From Bacilli bacterium (GTDB lineage Bacteria > Bacillota_I > Bacilli_A > RF39 > UBA660): DNA of 64,000 nucleotides. The DNA is taken from the NCBI GenBank assembly GCA_900772095.1, contig CAAGQJ010000031.1, positions 14,479-78,478 of the forward strand. Reading direction: 5' to 3'. Below the pieces are notes generated by a model. That model did not search any database and was not told where the DNA came from. It saw nothing but the letters and a program-made list of their open reading frames with translations. A program made the translations under genes and the position numbers. Each line of letters starts with the position of its first letter. The stretch's first letter is position 1. Shown piece after piece: positions 26,329-36,761 of the stretch.

Positions 26329-28524
26329 ATGAAAGTAATCAAAAGAGATGGACATGTAGTGGATTATTGTCCTGAAAAGATTGAAATTGCTATTAAAAAA
26401 GCTAATAATGAAGTATCTGAAGAGGATAGAGTAAGTGATATTCAGATTAAGAATATTATAAAATATATTGAAGGTTTAAAGAAGAAAAGAATTTTAGTTG
26501 AAGATATTCAAGATATTATAGAAATGCGTCTTATGTCACTTGGAAAGTATGCTTTAGCTAAGGGATATATAACATATAGGTATACAAGGGAATTAGTAAG
26601 AAAGAGTAATACTACTGATTTATCAATTAAAGAATTAATAGATGGAGAAAGTGAGTATTGGAATACTGAAAATTCTAATAAAAATGCTAAAGTTGTAACT
26701 ACTCAAAGGGATTATTTAGCAGGTATTACTTCAACAGATATTACAAGAAGATTTTTACTTCCAGAAGATATAGTTAAGGCTCATGATGAGGGGATTATTC
26801 ATTTTCATGATGCTGATTATTTTGCTCAAAATGCATTACATAATTGTGATTTAATTAATTTAGAAGATATGTTACAAAATGGAACTAATATAAATGGAGT
26901 AATGATAGAAAAACCTCATAGATTTTTAACTGCTACAACTATTGCAACACAACTTATTACTGCTGTAAGTTCTAATCAATATGGTGGGTGTACAATTACT
27001 TTAACACATTTAGCACCATTTGTAAGAGAAAGTTATAATCGTTATTTAGAAAAGTATAAGAAGAGGAAAATGTCTAAGGAAGATGTAGAAAAATATGCAA
27101 AAGAGGATTTAAAAAAAGAAATAGAAGATGGCGTTCAAACATTTCAATATCAAATTAATTCTATGACTACAACAAATGGTCAAGCTCCTTTCTTAAGTGT
27201 ATGTATGTATTTAGGGGAAACTAAAGAATATAAAGAAGAACTTGCTATGATTATTGAAGAAGTATTAAAACAACGTATTTTAGGAATGAAAAATGAAAAG
27301 GGTGTATATATAACTCCTGCTTTTCCTAAACTTTTATATGTTTTAGAGGAGGACAATATTCATGAGGATAGTAAGTATTATTATTTAACAGAACTTGCTT
27401 GTAAGTGTACTGCAAAGAGAATGGTACCAGATTATATTTCTGAAAAAATAATGTTAGAGTTAAAGAAAAATGAATTTGGTGAAGGTGAGTGTTATCCATG
27501 CATGGGATGTAGGTCTTTTTTGACACCTGACCGCTCTATTAGTTTAGGTAATATAGCTAAAGCTAAGAATTATGTTCCAAATAAGGGTAAGTATTATGGT
27601 AGATTTAATCAAGGTGTAGTTACTATCAATTTAGTAGATGTTGCACTTTCTGCTGATAAGGATATGGATTTATTCTGGAAAATCATGGATGAAAGATTAG
27701 ACTTATGTCATAGAGCTCTTCAAATTAGGCATAAAAGATTATCTAAAGTAACAAGTGATGTAGCACCTATATTATGGCAACATGGAGCACTTGCTAGATT
27801 GGATAAGGGTGAAAGTATTCATAATTTATTACATCATGGATATTCTACTATATCTTTAGGATATGCTGGTCTTTATGAATGTGTTAAATTTATGACAGGG
27901 CATTCTCATACTGATAATGGTAAGGGTAAAGAATTTGGTTTACAAGTAATGCAGTATTTAAATGATAAGTGTAAAGAATGGAAGGAAAAGGAAGACATTG
28001 ATTATAGTGTTTATGGTACTCCAATTGAGTCTACTACATATAAGTTTGCTAAGTGTTTAAAAGAACGTTTTGGTAAAATAAAAGGAATAACTGACCGTAA
28101 TTATATTACTAATTCATACCATGTGCCAGTTTTTGAAGAAATTGATGCTTTTACTAAGTTAAAATTAGAAAGTGAGTTTCAAAAATTATCTCCAGGTGGT
28201 GCAATAAGTTATATAGAAACACCTAACTTAACTAATAATTTAGAAGCAGTAATGCAAATAGTTAAATTTATTTATGATAATATTATGTATGCAGAGTTAA
28301 ATACTAAATCAGATTATTGTCAAGAATGTGGTTATGATGGAGAAATTTTGTTAGATGAAAATTTAGAATGGTATTGTCCTAATTGTGGTAATCGTAATCA
28401 TGATAAGTTAAATGTTGCTAGAAGGACTTGTGGTTATATTGGTACTAATTTTTGGAATAAAGGTAGAACTGAGGAAATTAAAGAAAGGGTTATCCATGTA
28501 GATAATAAGGAATTAGAGGAATAA
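26329..28524 (+). CDS. nrdD: anaerobic ribonucleoside-triphosphate reductase
   Basis: N-terminal ATP-cone (MKVIKRDGHVVDY), Zn ribbon CQECGYDG..CPNCGN, and glycyl-radical motif RRTCGYIG. Confidence 0.9.
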   Translation: MKVIKRDGHVVDYCPEKIEIAIKKANNEVSEEDRVSDIQIKNIIKYIEGLKKKRILVEDIQDIIEMRLMSLGKYALAKGYITYRYTRELVRKSNTTDLSIKELIDGESEYWNTENSNKNAKVVTTQRDYLAGITSTDITRRFLLPEDIVKAHDEGIIHFHDADYFAQNALHNCDLINLEDMLQNGTNINGVMIEKPHRFLTATTIATQLITAVSSNQYGGCTITLTHLAPFVRESYNRYLEKYKKRKMSKEDVEKYAKEDLKKEIEDGVQTFQYQINSMTTTNGQAPFLSVCMYLGETKEYKEELAMIIEEVLKQRILGMKNEKGVYITPAFPKLLYVLEEDNIHEDSKYYYLTELACKCTAKRMVPDYISEKIMLELKKNEFGEGECYPCMGCRSFLTPDRSISLGNIAKAKNYVPNKGKYYGRFNQGVVTINLVDVALSADKDMDLFWKIMDERLDLCHRALQIRHKRLSKVTSDVAPILWQHGALARLDKGESIHNLLHHGYSTISLGYAGLYECVKFMTGHSHTDNGKGKEFGLQVMQYLNDKCKEWKEKEDIDYSVYGTPIESTTYKFAKCLKERFGKIKGITDRNYITNSYHVPVFEEIDAFTKLKLESEFQKLSPGGAISYIETPNLTNNLEAVMQIVKFIYDNIMYAELNTKSDYCQECGYDGEILLDENLEWYCPNCGNRNHDKLNVARRTCGYIGTNFWNKGRTEEIKERVIHVDNKELEE

Positions 28525-29027
28525 TGAACTATAATATAATAAGAAAGATGGATATATCTAATGGACCAGGAGTTAGAGTTTCAATTTTTATGCAGGGTTG
28601 TACGTTTAAATGTAAGAATTGTTTTAATCCTGAAACACATGATTTTAATGGTGGAAAGAAATTTACTTCTGATACAATAAATAAAGTTTTAGAGTTATGT
28701 GATAAAGATTATATTGAAGGTTTATCTATTCTTGGTGGAGAAGCACTTCATCCGAAAAATATAGAAAATACTACTAAACTTGCTAAGGCTTTTAAAGAAA
28801 AATTTAAGGATAAGACTTTATGGGTTTGGACTGGTTTCTTATTTGAACAAAAAAAGGATGAAGAAGTGTTTAAATATATTGATGTTTTAGTAGATGGACA
28901 ATATGTAGATGATTTACATGATTTTACTTTAAAATGGAGAGGGTCTTCTAATCAAAGAGTAATAGATGTGCAAAAATCGTTGAAAGGAAATAAAGTAGTA
29001 CTTTATAAAGAAAGGATAGATATTTAA
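28524..29027 (+). CDS. nrdG: anaerobic RNR activating protein (radical SAM)
   Basis: GPGVRVSIFMQGCTFKCKNCFNPE. The start overlaps the nrdD stop. Confidence 0.85.
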   Translation: MNYNIIRKMDISNGPGVRVSIFMQGCTFKCKNCFNPETHDFNGGKKFTSDTINKVLELCDKDYIEGLSILGGEALHPKNIENTTKLAKAFKEKFKDKTLWVWTGFLFEQKKDEEVFKYIDVLVDGQYVDDLHDFTLKWRGSSNQRVIDVQKSLKGNKVVLYKERIDI

Positions 29028-29476
29028 TGAGAGGTTTTGAGATTGTAAAAGGATATGAAGATAAGAATATAAATTTACCAGTTAGAAAGACAGCGCATTC
29101 TGCTGGATATGATATAGAGTCTGCTGAGGATATAGTAATTCCAATGTATAGACCAGGAATTAAACCGACACTTATTCCTACAGGTCTAAAAGCTTATTGT
29201 GAGGATGATGAATGTTTCTTTTTATTAAATCGTAGTAGTGGGCCAAAGAAAGGATTTTTGATGGCTAATAGTGTTGGCTTGATTGATTCTGATTATTATG
29301 GTAATGAAGATAATGATGGACACCTTTACTTTGCTTACTTTAATTGTAGTGACCATGATATTGAAGTTAAGAAGGGAGACGTTATTGGACAGGCAGTATT
29401 TCAAAAGTTTCTTATAACTGATGATGATAACGCTAGTGGTAAAAGAGTTGGAGGTTTTGGCTCTACAGAAAAGTAG
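29027..29476 (+). CDS. dut: dUTP diphosphatase (trimeric dUTPase)
   Basis: SAGYDI, NRSSG, GLIDSDYYG, and a C-terminal GGFGSTE motif. The start overlaps the nrdG stop. Confidence 0.8.
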   Translation: MRGFEIVKGYEDKNINLPVRKTAHSAGYDIESAEDIVIPMYRPGIKPTLIPTGLKAYCEDDECFFLLNRSSGPKKGFLMANSVGLIDSDYYGNEDNDGHLYFAYFNCSDHDIEVKKGDVIGQAVFQKFLITDDDNASGKRVGGFGSTEK

Positions 29477-29588
29477 TAGGGATGATATTAATATTTGTTC
29501 TTTATGGGATGAATTTTAATATCTTTTTTTATATTTTAATTGTTAGTTCACTTAAAAATATGGTATGATGTAGATGGAGGATGTTAGT

Positions 29589-30434
29589 ATGAAGTTATCT
29601 ATTATTGTAAATAAATATTTACTTATATGGCACTTATTATATCAATCATCTGTTTCGGATGAAATACACAGATTAAAACAAAAGTTGTGGCAAGACCATA
29701 AAAAGGAATATGCTAGTATTCATAGAGATAAAATACTTATTTTGTCATCGCCATTAGATTTTATACCAGATGATGATTATATATACAATATGGTGGAATC
29801 TTCTATATATTATAAAAAATTAAAGCAAGAGACAAATAAATATCGTTTGAATGTAATGGAAGTATGGGATAAGAATAGAAAGAAGTATAATGAGGAATTA
29901 GAAAAGTTATTTAAAACGGATTTAGATTGTTCTTATGATATATGTGTAATACATCCATCTTTAGATGTGGTGGAAAGTGATTTGTCTACTAAAACATTAA
30001 CAATAGGAAAAAGATTAATTTTAAAGGATAAAGATAATTTTCTTACTTATGTTGTATATAAAATAGTAAAAAATGAATTTAATAATATAAAAACAGCAGA
30101 TAGAGATATAGTGGATGCGATAACAGAATTATTAATTACTAATGAATTATATACACGTATTACTAGGGAGTCTAAATATAATTTGGGAAAGAAATCGTTA
30201 AAAGAAATTAAGCATAAAATATATCCATATTTTTTAATGTATTTAGGAGTTAATAAGAATGATTTTGAAAAGTATATGATTAGGGATAATATATTTTTTA
30301 ATATAAATAATTATAATTATATTAGTTATTTAAAAAATATAGATATTTATTCCTTTATTGATTTTATTATAAAGAGTAAAGAGAGTATTTTAGGTATTAA
30401 AGATTTAAATGACTCTGTTATAGAAGTTTTATAG
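29589..30434 (+). CDS. hypothetical protein upstream of polC
   Basis: ATG 29589 after GGAGG. 281 aa, soluble. I recognise no motif. Confidence 0.45.
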   Translation: MKLSIIVNKYLLIWHLLYQSSVSDEIHRLKQKLWQDHKKEYASIHRDKILILSSPLDFIPDDDYIYNMVESSIYYKKLKQETNKYRLNVMEVWDKNRKKYNEELEKLFKTDLDCSYDICVIHPSLDVVESDLSTKTLTIGKRLILKDKDNFLTYVVYKIVKNEFNNIKTADRDIVDAITELLITNELYTRITRESKYNLGKKSLKEIKHKIYPYFLMYLGVNKNDFEKYMIRDNIFFNINNYNYISYLKNIDIYSFIDFIIKSKESILGIKDLNDSVIEVL

Positions 30435-30443
30435 GAGGTAATA

Positions 30444-33400
30444 ATGGACAATAAATTAGAAAATTTGCTTAATAAGATAAATTTAGCTCCTTTTTATATG
30501 GAAGAATTTAAAGAAGCAAAAATAGAAAAAATTAGAGTAATAGAAAGTAAGAATACATGGGTTATTTATTTACATAATAAGACTAATTTTAAGTATGAAG
30601 CAGTTAATGCTTTTTTAGAGGCTTTGGAAAATTATGTAAAGGGAAAGTATATATATAAATTAGTTATTAAAGTAGATAATGAAGATTTGTCTTTAATTGA
30701 TAATTATTATAAGAATATTTTAATATTATTAAATAATAATAATTTTTATTTTAATATGTTTTCAGATAGATTAATAAATAAAGATAGTTCTTTCTTTATA
30801 GAAGTGTATAATAAACAAGAAAGTAATACTATTGGTAATATTATAGATAAAATTAATAATTATTTAGATAATTTTGGGTTTTCTAGTAAACTTTCTATAG
30901 TAGAAAATAATGAAAAAGGAAAAGAAATACTTGAGGAAATATCTCGTGATAAGGAAGTTATTATTAAATCAAATGATAAGAATGTTAAACCTAGTGGTAT
31001 TTTATTTGGGTCAGGAGTAAAGGGGAAAGTAACTCCATTAAATGAGATAACTTATGAAGTGGATAATATTACAGTGGAAGTTCAAGTTTTTGGAGTGGTT
31101 CCTAGTACTAAGAAGGATTTTTATTCATTGTCTTTGAAGGTTACTGATTTAATAACTAGTATGTATGTAAGAGTATTTGCAAATTCTAGCGAAGTTTATG
31201 ATAATTTATTAAATAAAATAAAAGAGGGTATGTGGCTTAAAATAAATGGTTATGTAAAGAATAATAAGTTTTATAATGATTTAGTAATAAATGCTCGTAA
31301 TATTGAAGTAATAGAAAAAGAAATTGAAATACCAAAAGATTTAGAAGAGGTAAAAAGAGTAGAATTACATACTCATACGATGATGAGTCAGATGGATGGA
31401 GTAGTAACTCTAAAAGATTTAGTAAATCGTGCTAAATTATGGGGTCATAAAGCAATTGCTATAACTGACCACAATGCTATTCAAACTTTTCCTGAAGCTG
31501 CTAAGTATGTAACAGATGACTTTAAAATTATTTTTGGGACAGAACTTAATATGATTGATGATGATTTAAATTTAGTTGTAAGACCAAATAATTCTAAATT
31601 ATTAGAAAATACTTATGTTGTTTTTGACTTTGAAACTACTGGTTTTAATGCTGGTGGTGGAGATTCTATAATTGAAATAGGTGCAGTTAAGTTATTAAAT
31701 GGTGAAATTATAGATAGATTTGATAGATTAATTAATCCTGGTAGAAAATTATCGCCACATATTTCAGAACTTACTAGTATTACTGATGAAATGTTAAAGG
31801 ATTGTCCTAGTGAGGAAGAAGCTGTAAAGGAGTTTATTAATTGGACAGGTGATTTACCTATGGTAGCGCATAATGCTAAATTTGATTCTTCATTTTTAGA
31901 GATGGCTTATAAAAAATATAATTTAGGTGAATATACTAATCCTTTATTGGATACTTTACAAATATCACGTGCTATTGACCCATCACAAAGTAGGCATTCT
32001 TTATCTGCTCTTGTAAAAAGGTATGAAGTACCATTTGATGAAGATGCCCATCATAGAGGAGATTATGATGCTGAGGCAACTGCTAAAGTGTTACATAAAA
32101 TGTTACTTAAGTTAGACCAAAGAAAAATAGAGAAAATGAGTCAAATAGATGAATTAGTTTCTAAGGAAGAAATACATAAGTTTGGTGAATTATATCATGT
32201 AACGCTTCTTGTAAAAAATCAAACTGGATTAAAGAATTTATTTAAGTTAATTTCATATGCAAATACAAAATATTTATATAAAACACCAAGAATATTAAAA
32301 AGTGAAATAGAAAAATATAGAGAAGGTATTTTAATAGGAAGTTCTTGTGCAAATGGTGAAATATTTCGTTTAGCAAGAAGTAAGAGTGATGAAGAAATAG
32401 AAAATTTAATGGATTTTTATGATTATATTGAGTTACAAGTTCCTGAAGTATATAGATATTTAATAGATTTGGAAGATTTTAAGAATGAAAATGAAATGAT
32501 TGAAAATATTAAGAAGATTATAGCTTGCGCTACTAAAAAAGAAAAGTTAGTAGTAGCAACAGGAGATGTTCATCATCTTGATAGAGAAGATAAAATATAT
32601 CGTGAAATAATTGTAAATCAAAAAGTACCTGGTGGTGGTAGGCATCCATTAAATAGAAAGGAAATAAAATCTATTCCTTCTATGCATTTTAGAACTACTA
32701 GTGAAATGCTTGCTTGTTTTGATTTTCTAGGTAAGGAGAAAGCTTATGAAATAGTAGTAACTAATACTAATAAAATAGAGAGTATGATAGAAAATGTAAC
32801 TATTGTACCGGATACTCATGGTATTCCTTTTTCACCTAGATTTGAAAATAGTGTGGAACAATTAAAAAGTTTGGTATTTGAAAAAGCACATAGTATATAT
32901 GGTGATGTTTTGCCTTCTATAGTTCAAGATAGACTTGATAGTGAGTTAAATGGTATTATAAATGGAGGTTTTGATACTATTTATTTAATAGCACAGCGAT
33001 TAGTTAAGAAATCTAATGATGATGGTTATGTAGTAGGTTCAAGAGGTTCTGTTGGTTCGTCACTTGTTGCTACAATGCTTGGAATAACTGAAGTAAATAG
33101 TCTTCCTGCTCATTATGTTTGTCCTAATTGTAAAAAGAGTATTTTTGAAGATGAAAATGGTAAGGCATATGGTATTGATTATGCTTCTGGGTATGATTTA
33201 CCTGATAGAGTATGTTCTTGTGGTACTAAGTTTAATAAAGAGGGACAGGATATGCCATTTGCTACATTCTTAGGTTTTAATGCTGATAAAGTTCCAGATA
33301 TTGACCTTAATTTTTCGGGTGATTATCAAGCAAAAGCTCATGAATATACTAAAGTTTTATTTGGTGAAGATAATGTTTATAGAGCAGGTACTATTGGAAC

Positions 33401-34745
33401 TGTTGCGGAAAAAACGGCTTTTGGTTTTGTAAAGGGATACTATGAAGATAGGGGAATAACTGGAATAAGTTCTTTAGAAATAGAACGTTTGGCTAAAGGG
33501 GTAACTGGAGTTAAAAGAACAACTGGACAACATCCTGGTGGTATAGTAGTAGTTCCTGATTATAAAGAAATATTTGATTTTACTCCATTTCAATATCCGG
33601 CAGATACTGTGGATGCAGAATGGAGGACTACTCATTTTAATTATCATGATATAGAATCTTGTTTATTAAAATTAGATATATTAGGTCACGATAATCCTAC
33701 TATATTTAAAATGTTAGAAGATTTAACAAAAATAGACCCTAATACAATACCTATGGATGATAAAGAGGTAATGAGTTTGTTTACTTCTACTAAAGCTCTT
33801 AATGTAACTCCTGAACAAATAGAAAGTGAAGTTGGATGTGTTGGGTTACCTGAATTTACTAAGTTTGTAATAGGAATAGTTTTGCAAACAAAACCTACTA
33901 CTTTTGCAGAATTAGTTAAGATTTCTGGTTTATCACATGGTACTGATGTTTGGAATGGTAATGCGGAAGAATTAGTTAAAAATAATATATGTCCTTTTAA
34001 AGAAGTAATTGGATGTCGTGATGATATTATGGTATATTTATCAAATCATGGTATTAAACCAATCGATGCGTTTAAGATAATGGAATTGGTTCGTAAGGGA
34101 AAACAAAAGAAAGAAAAGGAAAAGTGGGATAATTATAAAGCACTTTTAAGGGAAAATAATATTCCTGAATGGTATATAAATTCTTGTGATAAAATTAAGT
34201 ACATGTTTCCTAAAGCTCATGCTACTGCGTATGTAAGTGCGGCTTTTAGAATAGGATGGTATAAGATAAATAGACCTATTGAATATTATGCTACTTTCTT
34301 TTCAGTAAAATGTTTTTCATTTGATTTGGAATGTATGGAAGCGGGTTATGATAAAATAAAAGAAAGATTAGATGATTTAAATTTGAGGAAATTTAGTTTG
34401 AGTGTTAAGGAGCAAGATTTGATTGGTACTTTAGAAGTGGCACTTGAGATGACTGCTAGAGGTTTTAAATTTGGTCAACTAGATTTATTAAAATCTGATG
34501 CTATGAATTTTGTTATAGATGAAGATAGAAAAACTCTTATTCCTCCATTTAGAGCACTTGATGGACTAGGAGATGTTGTTGCTAAAAATATAATAGAAGA
34601 AAGGAGTAAGGGAGAGTTTATCAGTATTGAGGATTTGCAAAAACGTGCTAAAATTTCTTCTACAATAATAGAAAATATGAGGTTGATGGGAATATTAAAG
34701 AATTTACCGGAATCTAGTCAATTATCGCTTTTTGATGTTTTTTAG
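30444..34745 (+). CDS. polC: DNA polymerase III PolC-type
   Basis: 1433 aa. PHP (VELHTHTMMSQMDG), inserted DEDDh exonuclease (VVFDFETTG, AHNAKFDSSFL, HRGDYDAEA), Zn finger CPNC..CSCG, and pol III alpha core (GSRGSVGSS, PDIDLNF). Confidence 0.95.
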   Translation: MDNKLENLLNKINLAPFYMEEFKEAKIEKIRVIESKNTWVIYLHNKTNFKYEAVNAFLEALENYVKGKYIYKLVIKVDNEDLSLIDNYYKNILILLNNNNFYFNMFSDRLINKDSSFFIEVYNKQESNTIGNIIDKINNYLDNFGFSSKLSIVENNEKGKEILEEISRDKEVIIKSNDKNVKPSGILFGSGVKGKVTPLNEITYEVDNITVEVQVFGVVPSTKKDFYSLSLKVTDLITSMYVRVFANSSEVYDNLLNKIKEGMWLKINGYVKNNKFYNDLVINARNIEVIEKEIEIPKDLEEVKRVELHTHTMMSQMDGVVTLKDLVNRAKLWGHKAIAITDHNAIQTFPEAAKYVTDDFKIIFGTELNMIDDDLNLVVRPNNSKLLENTYVVFDFETTGFNAGGGDSIIEIGAVKLLNGEIIDRFDRLINPGRKLSPHISELTSITDEMLKDCPSEEEAVKEFINWTGDLPMVAHNAKFDSSFLEMAYKKYNLGEYTNPLLDTLQISRAIDPSQSRHSLSALVKRYEVPFDEDAHHRGDYDAEATAKVLHKMLLKLDQRKIEKMSQIDELVSKEEIHKFGELYHVTLLVKNQTGLKNLFKLISYANTKYLYKTPRILKSEIEKYREGILIGSSCANGEIFRLARSKSDEEIENLMDFYDYIELQVPEVYRYLIDLEDFKNENEMIENIKKIIACATKKEKLVVATGDVHHLDREDKIYREIIVNQKVPGGGRHPLNRKEIKSIPSMHFRTTSEMLACFDFLGKEKAYEIVVTNTNKIESMIENVTIVPDTHGIPFSPRFENSVEQLKSLVFEKAHSIYGDVLPSIVQDRLDSELNGIINGGFDTIYLIAQRLVKKSNDDGYVVGSRGSVGSSLVATMLGITEVNSLPAHYVCPNCKKSIFEDENGKAYGIDYASGYDLPDRVCSCGTKFNKEGQDMPFATFLGFNADKVPDIDLNFSGDYQAKAHEYTKVLFGEDNVYRAGTIGTVAEKTAFGFVKGYYEDRGITGISSLEIERLAKGVTGVKRTTGQHPGGIVVVPDYKEIFDFTPFQYPADTVDAEWRTTHFNYHDIESCLLKLDILGHDNPTIFKMLEDLTKIDPNTIPMDDKEVMSLFTSTKALNVTPEQIESEVGCVGLPEFTKFVIGIVLQTKPTTFAELVKISGLSHGTDVWNGNAEELVKNNICPFKEVIGCRDDIMVYLSNHGIKPIDAFKIMELVRKGKQKKEKEKWDNYKALLRENNIPEWYINSCDKIKYMFPKAHATAYVSAAFRIGWYKINRPIEYYATFFSVKCFSFDLECMEAGYDKIKERLDDLNLRKFSLSVKEQDLIGTLEVALEMTARGFKFGQLDLLKSDAMNFVIDEDRKTLIPPFRALDGLGDVVAKNIIEERSKGEFISIEDLQKRAKISSTIIENMRLMGILKNLPESSQLSLFDVF

Positions 34746-34765
34746 TGTAAAGTTATAAATCGTTC

Positions 34766-34794
34766 TTGACTTTAAAAAAAATATTTTGTACAAT
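34766..34794 (+). promoter_or_regulatory. candidate strong promoter of the secreted-protein pair
   Basis: TTGACT 34766-34771, a 17-nt spacer, then TACAAT 34789-34794. Confidence 0.5.
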
Positions 34795-34825
34795 TAGTTT
34801 ATAAGATAGAAGGAGGAGTCTAGAA

Positions 34826-35422
34826 ATGGAAGAAAAGAAACAGTCAAAAATTATTTTTGCAGTACTTGGAGTAGCAATTTTGTTAACTCTAACAGTTGGT
34901 TTATCATTTGCGATTTATACGTATAATGCAACTGGTGGAGAAAATACAATTCAAACAGGTACAGTAAGTATGAGTTTTACTGAAAGTACAAATGTAGTTA
35001 ATATTTCAAACGCACTACCAGTTCAAAATGAGGCAGCTGCTAAAACTTCAAGCGATTATTTTGAATTTTCAGTAAAATCAAGTACAACTGGTGCAATGAA
35101 TGTACCTTATACAATTAATATTACAGAGGTAGCAGTTGATACTGGATATACAAAATTAAGTCCAGAATATGTTCAAGTTTATTTAACTGAAGTAGACGGT
35201 GGAACAGAAACTGAAAAAGTAAATAAAACTGCTAATGCAATTCTTAATACTCAAACAACTGGTAAATTAATTGATGGTACTCATAATCATACAGCAGGAG
35301 GAGAACTTACTACAACTTATAGATTAAGATTATGGATACCTTACAGTGTAGATGCTTCTGATTGGGGTGCAGATACAAAATTAGAATATAAAGTAAGAAT
35401 TGACGCTAGTGGCGAAATGTAA
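34826..35422 (+). CDS. secreted protein with a TasA/camelysin-like (SipW-type) N-terminal junction, paralogue 1
   Basis: AAGGAGGAG RBS. KIIFAVLGVAILLTLTVGLSFAIYTYNATGGENTIQTGTVSM. The mature part is Thr/Gly-rich and Cys-free. Confidence 0.55.
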   Translation: MEEKKQSKIIFAVLGVAILLTLTVGLSFAIYTYNATGGENTIQTGTVSMSFTESTNVVNISNALPVQNEAAAKTSSDYFEFSVKSSTTGAMNVPYTINITEVAVDTGYTKLSPEYVQVYLTEVDGGTETEKVNKTANAILNTQTTGKLIDGTHNHTAGGELTTTYRLRLWIPYSVDASDWGADTKLEYKVRIDASGEM

Positions 35423-35443
35423 TATTAGAAAGGAGATATAATA

Positions 35444-36142
35444 ATGGAACAAAGTAATAACAAAAAGACATTAGTTTTATCATTAGTTGCTGTTTTAGTT
35501 CTAGTTGGTTCTGTAATTGGAGTAGCATATGCTATGTTTAGTTTCAGTGCTACTGGTACTCAAACTAATATTATTAAAACTGGTTATGTTACACTAAATT
35601 ATGAAAATGAATCAGTTATTAATTTAACTGGCGCACTTCCAACTGCTGATGATGCTGTTACTGCTACTGACGATAATACTTTATCATTTGATGTAGCTGC
35701 TACTATTAATGGTACAATGACTGTAAATTATGATTTAGCAATTGATAGTGCTTCTATAGTAGAAGGTGCTACATTAAAGAAAGAATATATTAAGATTAAG
35801 TTACAAAAATCAACTGATGGTACTGCTTGGACAAATGTTGATTTAGGTACTAATAACACAATAGCTAAACGTGCTTCAATAGCAGGTACATACTCAACAG
35901 CTACAAATAATTCTACAGGAACTGGTGTTACAACTTATGCTCTTGATTCAGGACAATTTACTGCAACTGGTACTGTAAAATACAAATTGACTGCTTGGGT
36001 TAGTAGTGATTATCAATTGGATGCTAGCATTGGTGATATAACTAAGACTGAAGAAGATGGAAAAGTTACTCAATCAAAAGGTAATACACCTGAAACTTTC
36101 AAATTCAAAGTTAAAGTAGTTGCTGGACAAGCTAATCAATAA
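35444..36142 (+). CDS. secreted protein with a TasA/camelysin-like (SipW-type) N-terminal junction, paralogue 2
   Basis: LVLSLVAVLVLVGSVIGVAYAMFSFSATGTQTNIIKTGYVTL. Composition matches paralogue 1. Confidence 0.55.
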   Translation: MEQSNNKKTLVLSLVAVLVLVGSVIGVAYAMFSFSATGTQTNIIKTGYVTLNYENESVINLTGALPTADDAVTATDDNTLSFDVAATINGTMTVNYDLAIDSASIVEGATLKKEYIKIKLQKSTDGTAWTNVDLGTNNTIAKRASIAGTYSTATNNSTGTGVTTYALDSGQFTATGTVKYKLTAWVSSDYQLDASIGDITKTEEDGKVTQSKGNTPETFKFKVKVVAGQANQ

Positions 36143-36163
36143 AAACCGATTTTCGGTTTTTTT
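36142..36163 (+). terminator. rho-independent terminator
   Basis: AAACCGA / TCGGTTT hairpin plus a T run directly after the stop. Confidence 0.75.
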
Positions 36164-36212
36164 ATTGATTTTTTTGATATATATGTTAAAATAATGGTGC
36201 ATGGAGGATAGT

Positions 36213-36680
36213 ATGAAAGAAAATAAAGAGGTATTGATTGAAATAAAAACTGAAGCATTACAAGTTTTATCTGAAAAGTTAGCAAAATTACTTAATAATT
36301 GTTATTTAAATAATGAATTAATGAAAAAATTAAGAAAAGTAATTATGCCAACTGCTGTATTATCTATTACAGCGCTTTGTAGCATCATACATGGAATTGC
36401 TAATGATTATCTTTTAAGTTTAATACTAGGAATAATTGTTAGTGTAGTAAATACACCTGTTGTAGCTAATGCTACTATAGTTTATAAAAGATGTAAAAAG
36501 GATAATTTGCAAACGAAAGTTCTTTTGAATAGCACAGAAAAGGACATAACATTAGTTCTTGAAGAACTTGCTAGATTAAAAACTAATGATGAAGTCATAT
36601 TAGATGAGTGTTTAAATGAAGTTTCTGAAATTGATGAAAATATTAATACTAAAAATAGGGTAAGAGTAAGGAAAAGATGA
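36213..36680 (+). CDS. hypothetical two-TM protein
   Basis: ATG 36213 after GGAGG. Central hydrophobic hairpin with helical, charged ends. Confidence 0.4.
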   Translation: MKENKEVLIEIKTEALQVLSEKLAKLLNNCYLNNELMKKLRKVIMPTAVLSITALCSIIHGIANDYLLSLILGIIVSVVNTPVVANATIVYKRCKKDNLQTKVLLNSTEKDITLVLEELARLKTNDEVILDECLNEVSEIDENINTKNRVRVRKR

Positions 36681-36761
36681 TTTTTCTTTATTTTTTTAAT
36701 GAAATAATTGAATAAAAATAAATATTTTGCTATACTAAGTATAGTCGAAAGGAAGTTTTTT

